From: a virus
Lineage: Duplodnaviria > Caudoviricetes
Length of the DNA stretch: 64,000 nt
Direction: 5' to 3' (one strand)
Virus record (IMG/VR): IMGVR_UViG_3300028832_000130
Coordinates: 1 to 64,000 of that record
In this document: positions 34,050-43,264 of the stretch, in pieces
Numbering within the stretch: the first letter of the stretch is position 1
How the letters are laid out: each line of letters opens with the position of its first letter
Program-made: the position numbers and the translations under genes
The notes under the pieces: model-generated
Database searches by the model: none
Seen by the model: only the letters and a program-made list of their open reading frames with translations
What the model was told of the DNA's origin: nothing

Positions 34050-34367
34050 TTATGTTTGCCCTACGGCATAACCTTTCGTATTAGCAAACTGTATCATTGT
34101 TGGCTCTTCTGTCAGGTATATCCTTACGTACCTGTACTTTGTCGAGCCATATATCCTTATTCTGAATTCTGGGCCTGCCCAAGGGGTAACACGAGCCTTT
34201 GGCCAAGGGCCTTCTGCGCTTTCCGCTTTTCTGATAACCATCCTGCCTTTGTCAGGAAGGGTAACTTCGAGATATGTATCACCTGTTAGGCACCATATTT
34301 CAGATACCCAAGCGTTTTCTTCCTCGCTCCAAGCTCCGTTGATGGTTGTTATCTCTCCGTTTCTCAT
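34050..34367 (-). CDS. Hypothetical virion-associated beta protein
   Basis: ORF track; end of the capsid operon. Confidence 0.7.
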   Translation of the reverse strand: MRNGEITTINGAWSEEENAWVSEIWCLTGDTYLEVTLPDKGRMVIRKAESAEGPWPKARVTPWAGPEFRIRIYGSTKYRYVRIYLTEEPTMIQFANTKGYAVGQT

Positions 34368-35113
34368 TGCTTAACTGTTACTTTAAGGTTCTGCATGGCT
34401 ATCTCTAGCATCTTTTCGCTTCTTGCATCGCCGTATGCTGATAGCAGAAGAAAAGCGAGATAATAGATAAACGATGTCTTGACTCTTGGGGGCAGGGGAT
34501 AGTGCCTTTCCGTTACTGCAGGTTCGCCACTTGTAACGTCAAAGGCATGCTCTTCTGGGTCAACGTTGGCAACGTAAGTATATTCTGCTGACGTGCCGGT
34601 GGGCCACACTTCTATTTCACGTGTAGCCTTTTCAATCAGAACAGCCTGCGGACGGTCTGCTGTAGCGGTAGCACCATTTACATCATAAAGCTGCAAGTAC
34701 TCGTCAGAGTCCTCTGCCAACAACACCTTAACGGCTCTGTGCCAACCAGTTACCCTTACTCTTGCTAATTTTACGAAATCAGCAGGCATAGTTAGCTTTC
34801 CGGCATTTGTTCCTGTTATCTCGGTAGGAACAAGTGTACCAGATTGTGGCATATCGACGAGTATTCCTGTGTTAACGAGTACTGTATGCCCTTCTTCTTC
34901 CGTTGTCTCATCAGAACCTCCCAAAAGGTCTGTTGGGGCATACAGACTAATCCATCTTATGGCATCGCCTATCTTGGACTTGATGATGTTGTTCATCAAA
35001 CCTTCGTCGTCTGCCCCAAAGTCATACGCAGATACATCGGCGATACCAGCTACATTCAAAGCTTCTTCGTCGATGCACCAGCGTACAGCCTTTATGATGT
35101 CGTTAATTGTCAT
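34364..35113 (-). CDS. Putative head-closure/adaptor protein
   Basis: Position in the capsid operon; helical N- and C-termini around a beta core. Confidence 0.6.
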   Translation of the reverse strand: MTINDIIKAVRWCIDEEALNVAGIADVSAYDFGADDEGLMNNIIKSKIGDAIRWISLYAPTDLLGGSDETTEEEGHTVLVNTGILVDMPQSGTLVPTEITGTNAGKLTMPADFVKLARVRVTGWHRAVKVLLAEDSDEYLQLYDVNGATATADRPQAVLIEKATREIEVWPTGTSAEYTYVANVDPEEHAFDVTSGEPAVTERHYPLPPRVKTSFIYYLAFLLLSAYGDARSEKMLEIAMQNLKVTVKQ

Positions 35114-35400
35114 TACTCAGTCTTTTTCGTGTAACGGCTATCACCCCACTGCTCAATATCACCACCTTCACCAATACCGGCAGTGATAGCGGCACTAATT
35201 GCACTTGTGATAGCACCCTCTGTACCAAGGGCGGCAGTAATACGTGCATCAATAACTGAGGCAAGCTTTGTATTACCATCGTCTACCTGACTCAAAAGGT
35301 TCAATACTTCCTTTACTGACTCAATCTTGTCGTTTTCTACGACTGTATTCAGCAGGGCGTCATTGGCCTGCTCGTGTTTCTTGTCTGAAAACTTTCCCAT
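35113..35400 (-). CDS. Hypothetical virion protein
   Basis: ORF track. Confidence 0.7.
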   Translation of the reverse strand: MGKFSDKKHEQANDALLNTVVENDKIESVKEVLNLLSQVDDGNTKLASVIDARITAALGTEGAITSAISAAITAGIGEGGDIEQWGDSRYTKKTE

Positions 35401-35408
35401 AATCGTAA

Positions 35409-35828
35409 TTATTTGTCGTTGTTCTTCTCTTTCAGATTGGGGAACTCAACACCCTTCTGAATAGCAATCTTAACAGCCTGCTTGCCACTCTTTACCACGA
35501 TTCCCCAAGTGTTGAAAACATACTCGATGGCCTGTTCTGGAGAAGTAACCTCTTCAACCTGTTTATTCCGAGGTGCCTTGTTTGCTTTTTCCGTGGGATT
35601 ATCCTCAATAGTACGCTCCAATACGATAACGCCCCTCTTGAAAAGGTCGCTATCTTCCAGCAAGTCCTGATAGAACTCGTTGCGAAGCATGCAGCGGGCT
35701 GGCATATTTGGCATAAACTGATTACCATCCTTAAAGGTGTACGTCACCTGCATCTTACCGTCATTTGCGGAAAGATTGAAGATGGCGCTGTTCTTCTTCT
35801 GATTAAGTTTGTATATCTTTGTTGCCAT
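35409..35828 (-). CDS. Hypothetical protein downstream of the MCP
   Basis: ORF track. Confidence 0.75.
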   Translation of the reverse strand: MATKIYKLNQKKNSAIFNLSANDGKMQVTYTFKDGNQFMPNMPARCMLRNEFYQDLLEDSDLFKRGVIVLERTIEDNPTEKANKAPRNKQVEEVTSPEQAIEYVFNTWGIVVKSGKQAVKIAIQKGVEFPNLKEKNNDK

Positions 35829-35842
35829 AATAATAATGGATT

Positions 35843-35881
35843 AAAAAAGAAGATAGACCGTACCCTGTTGCACGGTCTATC
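35843..35881 (-). terminator. Intrinsic terminator/hairpin after the MCP
   Basis: GATAGACCGT-N10-ACGGTCTATC, with an A-run on the plus strand (U-tract on the minus strand). Confidence 0.65.
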
Positions 35882-35894
35882 GCGTTTTTTTTGT

Positions 35895-37622
35895 TTAGAC
35901 TGCACTGGTGTAGCCGGTGTACTCAACCCAAGCATTGGTAGAGTACTGCCATACTGTACCTGCCTTGTAGGTTACGTCGGGATCGTCGCCAGAGCCTTCG
36001 ATGGTGTAGTCCTGTGTCAGAGCAACAATTGTTCCGTCAGCAGGATTGCTTGGAAGCTTGGCAGCAGAAACAACTGCGGTACGTGAAGCGGTGTCAGGCA
36101 GAGAGAAGATGATGTCGCTAGGACCTACGATGATGGAGTTGTAGCCGCGCAATGCGATACAGTCTGCCTCGTAGTGAATCTCGCGTTTTGCATCACGGAT
36201 CTCGCCAGCGCCCTTAGACATGTCGTTGGTGAACTCCTTCTCGCCAATCTTCACATAGCGGGTAGCACCCTCCAGGTCAAGAACTACGCAAACCTCGTCC
36301 ATACCGATAGCGTCGAGACCCTGGTCCCAAGTGAAGTCGGTTGTGCCGAAGGTAGTCTTGAGGCGCTTGAAGTCGATATCCAGCTCCTTAACGTCCTCCA
36401 TCTTGATAATGCGCTTGTTGTCGCCCATGTCGAGGTTCAACAACCACTGCATGAAGGTAGAACCGCAGAAAGCGTAAGAGTGAGAACTCTGTGAGAAGGT
36501 GGTGTGCTGCAGCTTAGAGATGGCAATCAAATCGCCAACGGTGATATGGCCACGGTCAATGCTGAACGAGTTGGTTACCTGCCACAGAATACCCTTAGAA
36601 CCGTAGGCATCCTCAACAGACTGGTCGCCGTTGATTACCTGAATACGGGTCTTGGCACCCATCCAATAGGTACGTTCTGCACGGAGGTTGTAGTTGCGGA
36701 TGGCATTAGCCTTAACGTCGGCAACATGCCAAGGCATCTTCTTCTTAACCTTCTCGAAGTCGTTAGTCCAAACGATGTTCAACAGCTTCTTCTGAACGCT
36801 GAACTCTTCGTAACGAGGCTGATAGTTCTCAGGAGTAATCAGCAACTGGCTCTCGCCTGCGATAGAAGAACCTGCGCAGAGATAAGCGTTTGCAGGAAGA
36901 CCCTTGTTTGAGCTTACTCCGTTACCGGCAAACTCACGAACCTCGTAGGTGTCACCAGCAGTAGCACCGTTCTTCAATTTACCGTTGATAGGAACAACGA
37001 GCACATAGCTAGAAGTCACGTCAACGACAAACAGCTCCAGGCAACCCTCTACGGTAGTACCATCCTCTGCGTAACCGTCAATGAACGGACAGAAAACAGT
37101 AGTGCCCTTGTAGAAAGCTTTCAGCGAACCGTTGAAGTTTGATGTGGTCAGCTTCAAGCTACCATCTTCCTCCTGTGTGATTGCAGAAGTGGTACGGCCA
37201 TCCAAGGTGTCACCACCGATACGGGCGTGCTTTACCGTCCAGTTCTGAAGGTTGACTTTGCGTGCGACACGACGCGCAATGGAGAGAAGCGGAGTACGCC
37301 ACGGCTGAAACTGGGTAATCCCCTGATCCCACTCGTCGTCGATGTTGTCTTCTTTACGCTGCTGGGTAGAACTCAGCTGAGAACCGTTCAAGGTCTCACC
37401 GGCAGCACCATCGCCAGGAATGTGCAGGTCGTTATTGGCTGGGTTGGCAGGCTCGTTGGCAGCAGCTTCGGCGGCTGTTGCGGGCAGAGCGCCCTCGTCA
37501 CCAATTGGGGCATCATTAACTACGGTAGCGTCTGCCATAGCACCGCCACCACTAACTACGGCAAGGACAAACAGCACAAAGCTGAGGACTCGCCAAATGT
37601 TCACGTTCTTAATTTTCTTCAT
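35895..37622 (-). CDS. Major capsid protein (HK97-like, DUF5309/SU10-like) with an N-terminal signal/TM segment
   Basis: Lies after the scaffold-like gene and divergent from the portal; PWRTPLLSIA and YNLRAERTYWMG resemble HK97-fold MCP elements; followed by a terminator. Confidence 0.75.
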   Translation of the reverse strand: MKKIKNVNIWRVLSFVLFVLAVVSGGGAMADATVVNDAPIGDEGALPATAAEAAANEPANPANNDLHIPGDGAAGETLNGSQLSSTQQRKEDNIDDEWDQGITQFQPWRTPLLSIARRVARKVNLQNWTVKHARIGGDTLDGRTTSAITQEEDGSLKLTTSNFNGSLKAFYKGTTVFCPFIDGYAEDGTTVEGCLELFVVDVTSSYVLVVPINGKLKNGATAGDTYEVREFAGNGVSSNKGLPANAYLCAGSSIAGESQLLITPENYQPRYEEFSVQKKLLNIVWTNDFEKVKKKMPWHVADVKANAIRNYNLRAERTYWMGAKTRIQVINGDQSVEDAYGSKGILWQVTNSFSIDRGHITVGDLIAISKLQHTTFSQSSHSYAFCGSTFMQWLLNLDMGDNKRIIKMEDVKELDIDFKRLKTTFGTTDFTWDQGLDAIGMDEVCVVLDLEGATRYVKIGEKEFTNDMSKGAGEIRDAKREIHYEADCIALRGYNSIIVGPSDIIFSLPDTASRTAVVSAAKLPSNPADGTIVALTQDYTIEGSGDDPDVTYKAGTVWQYSTNAWVEYTGYTSAV

Positions 37623-37650
37623 CTTGTTAGGATTTTTATATGGTTTCGAA

Positions 37651-38448
37651 TCAATATCCGTATTTCTTCATTTCGTCGAAGTCCATAGACATGCTCTTTT
37701 TCTTGGGCTTCGGTGTAACGGCCTGGCCTTGTCCCTGACTGAATGAGGGCGGAACCTGTCTCTCGTCAAAGGTCTTTACCTTGTTGGCATGTTTCTCGTT
37801 ACGGGCTCGCATAGCTGCTTCCTCACGGGCATTGGCAATGTCCTGCTCATAGTTCATGGCATGCATGATAGCAGTCCATACGTCCTTGCTGACTTCACCA
37901 CGCCAAGCGGGCAACCACACCTCATCCCAGAAGTATTCAAACATGCGGTTCTTCTGCTCATCACTAAGACCAAACTCTTTCTGAACGGCATCCAACTGCT
38001 CTACACTACGGGCAATGGCTTCATCCTTGGCGGCTTCGGCAGCTTCGCCGGCAGCCTGCCCCTTTTCCCACTCTGAGAAAGCGTCGGTGACCTTCTGCAA
38101 TACATCTGGGTCATCAAGTGCGGCTTTGATATCAATGCCGTTCTTGGCCATCCATACCAACGGGTTCTCTTCCTCATCCTGCAACATGGCACCAATCCAA
38201 CGGTGCTTGTTAAGGATGTTTGTCAACTGCTTACCGCTGTTTCTGAGATTTCTCAGCTCCTCACGGTCTCTGCCCATACGCTCATAGCGGGCTTCCTTGT
38301 CCTCAAAATCTACGTCAGGGTTATCTTCCTTCCACATCGAGGCGTACTTGTCTCGGTTGGGACGTACAGGAACCTCTTGTACCTGCTCGGCCTCCACTGC
38401 TGGCTGGCCGTTCACGTCTACTTCCGTTTTCTTCTTGATTTCTGCCAT
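37651..38448 (-). CDS. Putative scaffolding protein
   Basis: Acidic and helical, immediately upstream of the MCP; start at 38448 given the -7 box at 38472-38479. Confidence 0.65.
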   Translation of the reverse strand: MAEIKKKTEVDVNGQPAVEAEQVQEVPVRPNRDKYASMWKEDNPDVDFEDKEARYERMGRDREELRNLRNSGKQLTNILNKHRWIGAMLQDEEENPLVWMAKNGIDIKAALDDPDVLQKVTDAFSEWEKGQAAGEAAEAAKDEAIARSVEQLDAVQKEFGLSDEQKNRMFEYFWDEVWLPAWRGEVSKDVWTAIMHAMNYEQDIANAREEAAMRARNEKHANKVKTFDERQVPPSFSQGQGQAVTPKPKKKSMSMDFDEMKKYGY

Positions 38449-38471
38449 AAAATTTCGAAATTTTTTCACGG

Positions 38472-38571
38472 CAAATATATAAGATGTATCAAAAGTCTTT
38501 TCCGATTCCGAAATTGCGCCCCTAGCTTATATCGGACACGGAATAAAAAGAGTGGTTTTCGCATATTTTTG
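38472..38571. promoter_or_regulatory. Divergent late promoters with the TCGGAnnCGGAA-N20-TAnnTTTG architecture
   Basis: Motifs at 38500-38511 (minus) and 38532-38543 (plus); -7 boxes at 38472-38479 and 38564-38571. Confidence 0.7.
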
Positions 38572-38593
38572 CGGCATAAAATACAGAAAACGA

Positions 38594-40579
38594 ATGGCTA
38601 AGATAAGAGCTTTATCATCAGTAATGCCTGTAGGGTCTGTGAACGACTCTGTACGCAACCGCAAGCGTAACAGTAGCGTAAGCAACATCCCTTTTCATCG
38701 TCGCCGTAGACAAGACTTAGACCTTATAGCAAGATGCAATCAGGCTTGGAACAACCTAGAAGACGTCCGACTGGTGCGTGATCGTATTCGTCGCTACACC
38801 TACGAAGACCAGTGGGGTGATGTTATTGAGTATCGTCACGGAACGATTACTGAACGCAAATACATTCAGTCGAAGGGTAACGTTCCTTTGCAGAACAACA
38901 TCATGATTTCCATTCTCAACTCTGTAGTGGGCTTGTATGCTAAGCAGAGTGGGGAGCCTAACTGCTTTGCCGTCAAGCATGATGGGCAATGGTTATCCGA
39001 TATGATGACTGCCACCATGCAAACGTCGTGGCAGAAAACATACATGCACGACGCTCTCAAAACGGCTTTTGAGGACTTTATCATTGGCGGTGTAGCTGTC
39101 TCACGCGAGACTTACGAAGAGCGAAACGGACGCTACGACACTTGGACGGACTTCATCAATCCGAACTATGCTTTCTGGATAGGTGGCACAGATGTCCGCA
39201 TGACTGACTTGCAGATGGTCGGTGTGCTGCATGATGTTGCTCCTGGTCAGTTATACCGTAAGTTCTGCAATAGCCAGTATGGTTGGACGGTAGACGAAAT
39301 CAACAAGATATTCGAAATTGACAGCACAGACAACCATCGCTACTTCCGTTCTACAGGGTTACAACAGAACGAGCGCGACCGTCTAGAACAAATCAGCTTT
39401 GATACACCATCGGACAACTCAAAGTGCCGACTTATCGAGGTTTGGACGAAAGAGACCAAGACTCGTTACCAGTGTTACGACCCGCTGGCAGAGAATGGTG
39501 ACGAGGTGGAATACCGTATTGAGCTGAATGACAAATGGCGCATTGACCGGGAGAACCAGCTTCGCATACAGCAGTATTTGCAGGTTGGTATTCCAGAAGA
39601 TGAATGGGCACTGATAGAAACTGAGAAGATAGAGGATGAATACTGGTACTACACCTTTATGGCTCCTGATGGTACGGTTATCGCCGAGGGCGAAAATCCC
39701 TACGAGACGAAAGACCATCCGTTTACCATCCGTCTCTATCCTTACGTCAACTCCGAGGTGCACCCGTTCATGGGCAACATCATCGACCAGCAGCGCTACA
39801 TCAACCGTCTTATCATCATGCACGACATGGCGGCACGCTCAGCAGCTAAGGGTCTGACTATTTTCCCAATAGAGAACATCCCCGATGGCTATACCAAGCA
39901 GGATATAGCAGACGAAATGACTGAGTACGACGGTATTCTGTTCTTTGAGACCAACCGCATGAATCCGAACCTACGCCCGGAGATTATTTCTTCTGGTGCC
40001 GTACAGCTTGGTACACAGGATCTCTTGCAAATGCAGCTTAACCTTTCCCGTGAGATTACCAATGTATCGGGAGCACTACAAGGCAAGACGCCTTCTGCTG
40101 GTACTTCGGCTGCTCGTTACGCACAAGAGACACAGAACGCTACCACATCGCTTGAATCACTCATGCAGGGCTTCACTTCGTTTACCGAGCAGATTGCCCG
40201 CAAGAAGTGTATGTTCATCAAGCAGTTCTATCGCAATGGTCGTATGGTCTACAACTCCATGCGTCAGCTTATCGACTACGACAACCTCTCTTGTCGTGAT
40301 GTGGACTTTGAAATCAGCATCAAGGAAGCAGCAGCAACAGCAGCCTATCAGACCTATGTCAACGATCAGGCCATGCAACTTCTCCAGCTTGGTATCATCG
40401 ACGGAGAAACATACCTCAACATCTGTAACCTGCCATTCAAGGACGATGCTCTTGCAGCAATTGAACAGCGCAAGGCTCAACAGCTTGCCATGCAGCAACA
40501 GATGGAACAGCAGCTTGCCGCCAATCCTGCTAACCAGCAACAGGTCGCTAACGCACAACAAATGCTGCAGGCAGCATAA
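38594..40579 (+). CDS. Portal protein (P22/N4-like)
   Basis: About 660 aa; helical N-terminus, LQNNIMISILNSVVG, IIDQQRYINRL, SGALQG and a Q-rich barrel-like tail. Confidence 0.8.
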   Translation: MAKIRALSSVMPVGSVNDSVRNRKRNSSVSNIPFHRRRRQDLDLIARCNQAWNNLEDVRLVRDRIRRYTYEDQWGDVIEYRHGTITERKYIQSKGNVPLQNNIMISILNSVVGLYAKQSGEPNCFAVKHDGQWLSDMMTATMQTSWQKTYMHDALKTAFEDFIIGGVAVSRETYEERNGRYDTWTDFINPNYAFWIGGTDVRMTDLQMVGVLHDVAPGQLYRKFCNSQYGWTVDEINKIFEIDSTDNHRYFRSTGLQQNERDRLEQISFDTPSDNSKCRLIEVWTKETKTRYQCYDPLAENGDEVEYRIELNDKWRIDRENQLRIQQYLQVGIPEDEWALIETEKIEDEYWYYTFMAPDGTVIAEGENPYETKDHPFTIRLYPYVNSEVHPFMGNIIDQQRYINRLIIMHDMAARSAAKGLTIFPIENIPDGYTKQDIADEMTEYDGILFFETNRMNPNLRPEIISSGAVQLGTQDLLQMQLNLSREITNVSGALQGKTPSAGTSAARYAQETQNATTSLESLMQGFTSFTEQIARKKCMFIKQFYRNGRMVYNSMRQLIDYDNLSCRDVDFEISIKEAAATAAYQTYVNDQAMQLLQLGIIDGETYLNICNLPFKDDALAAIEQRKAQQLAMQQQMEQQLAANPANQQQVANAQQMLQAA

Positions 40580-40596
40580 CCGTAAATTCCAACAGC

Positions 40597-41301
40597 ATGA
40601 CTATCACAATAGCAACAGTTATATCGGCAATTAAGCGCCATCTCTCCATAATCGGAAAGCGGCTCTACACCAAAGACGGAAAGAATATGTTTTCGGACAT
40701 CACCCTTTCCTCAGCAGAAGATACGCCCATCCTTACGCAGTACATCAACGCTTCGGTGCAGAATGTTGAGGCGATGTTGAAGCAGTTTATCACAGCTTCT
40801 TCCTATTCTGCATCGGCCATTAACGTAACGATTACTAATACTCGTGGCGACAGCGATTTCCAAAACCGCGTGGCCGACTTGATAGACTCTTATGTCAGGC
40901 TTAACTCCATTGGGGAATATCTCTCTATGGTACACCCTGACCTTGCCAAGAAGTATCAGGACGATGCTTTGCAGCGTATGGAGGCACTTGTGGAGTATGT
41001 GGTCTACAAGAAACCACCCACAGCACCTACTTATCAATATCCTTCCGAACTGACAGTTTCGGAAAATGCCGTAGATATAGGGGTCGGGGAGGAATATGAC
41101 GTGAAGTATAGCATTTCCGAGGGTGCTATTGATGATATTGAAATAGCTGTTGAAGATGCTACGCTCATTGATGCTATGCGTACTGTGGCTGGGTTTGTCA
41201 TTAAAGGCAAGCTGTTAGGGCACACTCCTGTTAAGTTGTTCTCTCGCCACAACAAAGAGGTTTCAGCAACCATTCAAGTTTACGTTACAGACCAATCTTA
41301 G
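40597..41301 (+). CDS. Adaptor-like virion protein with a C-terminal Ig-like domain
   Basis: Paralogous to 41307..42059 (PTYQYPSELTV...IGVGEEYDVKYSISEGAIDDI). Confidence 0.7.
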   Translation: MTITIATVISAIKRHLSIIGKRLYTKDGKNMFSDITLSSAEDTPILTQYINASVQNVEAMLKQFITASSYSASAINVTITNTRGDSDFQNRVADLIDSYVRLNSIGEYLSMVHPDLAKKYQDDALQRMEALVEYVVYKKPPTAPTYQYPSELTVSENAVDIGVGEEYDVKYSISEGAIDDIEIAVEDATLIDAMRTVAGFVIKGKLLGHTPVKLFSRHNKEVSATIQVYVTDQS

Positions 41302-41306
41302 AAACT

Positions 41307-42059
41307 ATGGATAATACAATACTATTAACGCTCTACAAGCCACAGATTCTTGAATCGGTCAAGAACGAGACATATAAGAGTGGCCGCTTTGAAAAGGCAG
41401 CAGACGCCAAGGCTATATCTACAGCTTATGAGATACAGGCAGGAAATGAAGAATACCAAGAGCGTCTTTTAGAGCGCTCTTTCAGTACAAGTCTGGAAGA
41501 GTTGAAAACGAACCTTTCCGATTACCTGCAGGATAGCGGAGGCTCTACTGGTGACAACATCTATTCCTCGAAGAGTGAAAGCAATGTCATAATCTCTCTC
41601 GTTGTCGGCAACAGATTTAACAAAAGCTATACGGATTCTCTGGCAAAGCTTTGTGCCAAATATGTTGAGGAAGTAATGCTTGTGGATTGGTGGCGACCCA
41701 TCAACGAGAAGAAATCATCCCTTTACGCTCAATTCGTAGAACGTGACCTTACCGCTATAAAACGATGCTTCAACAAAACTGCTCCCGTAGCACCTTCCTA
41801 CAAATATCCCACTACGCTCAATGTCGTTGGCTCCGTAATAGCTATAGGTGTTGGCGAAGAGCGTACCGTCACTTACTCAATATCGGATGGCGCTATCGAC
41901 GATATTAACATTCGTGTTCAAGATCCTAATGTGTGTGGTGTCGGTTCTTCAAATGAGGGCGCTACAGTCATTGGAAAGAACTTCGGAGAAACTTACATTC
42001 AGCTCTATTCTCGTCACAACGAGGAACTGTCTAAGACCATTCAGGTTCGCGTAGTTTAG
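41307..42059 (+). CDS. Adaptor-like virion protein with a C-terminal Ig-like domain
   Basis: PSYKYPTTLNV...IGVGEERTVTYSISDGAIDDI. Confidence 0.7.
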   Translation: MDNTILLTLYKPQILESVKNETYKSGRFEKAADAKAISTAYEIQAGNEEYQERLLERSFSTSLEELKTNLSDYLQDSGGSTGDNIYSSKSESNVIISLVVGNRFNKSYTDSLAKLCAKYVEEVMLVDWWRPINEKKSSLYAQFVERDLTAIKRCFNKTAPVAPSYKYPTTLNVVGSVIAIGVGEERTVTYSISDGAIDDINIRVQDPNVCGVGSSNEGATVIGKNFGETYIQLYSRHNEELSKTIQVRVV

Positions 42060-42082
42060 TTCCTATAATATAAATAAGGTGT

Positions 42083-42727
42083 ATGGATATACTTCACAAC
42101 AAAGAACAAGGAGGCTACAGACCCGTTCCGTTGAAAGGGATGCGCCCACCTCTTCCAGATGATAACTGGCCTTATCACAATCACCCGTCAACACCACACG
42201 ACCCTCAGTATGGCATCAAAGACCCCAAGTCAGAACGCCATATCTTCATCAGTCGTGATGCCGTCATGTTTGCGGTAGACACGCAGATACAGATGATAGC
42301 AGAGTCACGTCGAAAAGACGATGGCCGTGATGATGACCGTCTTACCAATGCCACTACCAAGTATCAGCAGATGTTCTATAGTTGGTTCGATACGCATGTG
42401 GGAAAGGCAAAGAATAAGATGCAGGCATTTGTGTTGGAAAAGTCAAAGGCTACCAACATGAACACCATAAAAGATAAGGAAGAGATAGACATCGAACTGT
42501 TAATGCCAGAATGGTGGGACGATACCATCTTTGACCAGCTTACCTCAGCGGTTAACGATTATGTCGTTAATGCCATCCTGCAGGAGTACTTCACCGTCAC
42601 GCTGACATCTAAAGACCCCGTGACAGTCGATAAGGCAACGCTCGCCATCGATGCTCTTAACGACATTTGCAAGCTGGCAAATGCCAACAAGCCTGGAACA
42701 ATCCGTAAACACCTTAGCCCATTTTGA
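42083..42727 (+). CDS. Helical adaptor-like virion protein
   Basis: Same helical layout (…LTSAVNDYVVNAILQEYF…) as the two upstream genes. Confidence 0.6.
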   Translation: MDILHNKEQGGYRPVPLKGMRPPLPDDNWPYHNHPSTPHDPQYGIKDPKSERHIFISRDAVMFAVDTQIQMIAESRRKDDGRDDDRLTNATTKYQQMFYSWFDTHVGKAKNKMQAFVLEKSKATNMNTIKDKEEIDIELLMPEWWDDTIFDQLTSAVNDYVVNAILQEYFTVTLTSKDPVTVDKATLAIDALNDICKLANANKPGTIRKHLSPF

Positions 42728-42748
42728 TTGCATGGTCTGTGATAAGAT

Positions 42749-43264
42749 ATGAATATTAGGTACGTTAAGATATTAGTGTTTTTTATGTTGGTGGGGTCGT
42801 ATTTCTTTTTACCGAAGTACGGCTTCACTTCTTTTGACGGTTCTTTTTCTGGATACGACATAGCAAACCACTTCCTATATCCATTCTCGCATGCCAACAT
42901 CTGGCACCTCTTGGCAAACATGCTGTGTCTTTTCATGATTCGTTGCAAGATGCACCTCATAGCAACCTATCTGATTGCCGTGCTGTGCTCATTCCTGCCA
43001 TCATTCTCTATATACGACTGCGTTATGCAATGTGGTTTTGCTGCTTTGTCTGAACCTACATATGGCTTTAGTGGCATCCTCTTCGCTATGGTCGGTATCT
43101 CTTGGGGTAAGATACATCGTCTTAGGGACATGGTTGCCCGAAACAAGTGGTTCCTTATCATTCCCGCTTTCCTACCTCACGTCAACTTCCTCATTCATAT
43201 ATACTGCCTCTTTGCAGGCTACCTATACGGAACATTATGCGCCAAGAAATCCGAGAACTCGTAA
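42749..43264 (+). CDS. Rhomboid-family intramembrane serine protease
   Basis: H48-x4-H53-x3-N57 (SHANIWHLLAN), catalytic G106-F-S108-G109, and catalytic H150 in HIYCLFAG; multiple TM segments. Confidence 0.82.
   Translation: MNIRYVKILVFFMLVGSYFFLPKYGFTSFDGSFSGYDIANHFLYPFSHANIWHLLANMLCLFMIRCKMHLIATYLIAVLCSFLPSFSIYDCVMQCGFAALSEPTYGFSGILFAMVGISWGKIHRLRDMVARNKWFLIIPAFLPHVNFLIHIYCLFAGYLYGTLCAKKSENS

Noticed and set aside
43147-43236. Longer terL N-terminus from the ORF track
   Set aside because: It overlaps the rhomboid catalytic region in another frame. The ATG at 43237 with an A-rich leader is more plausible.
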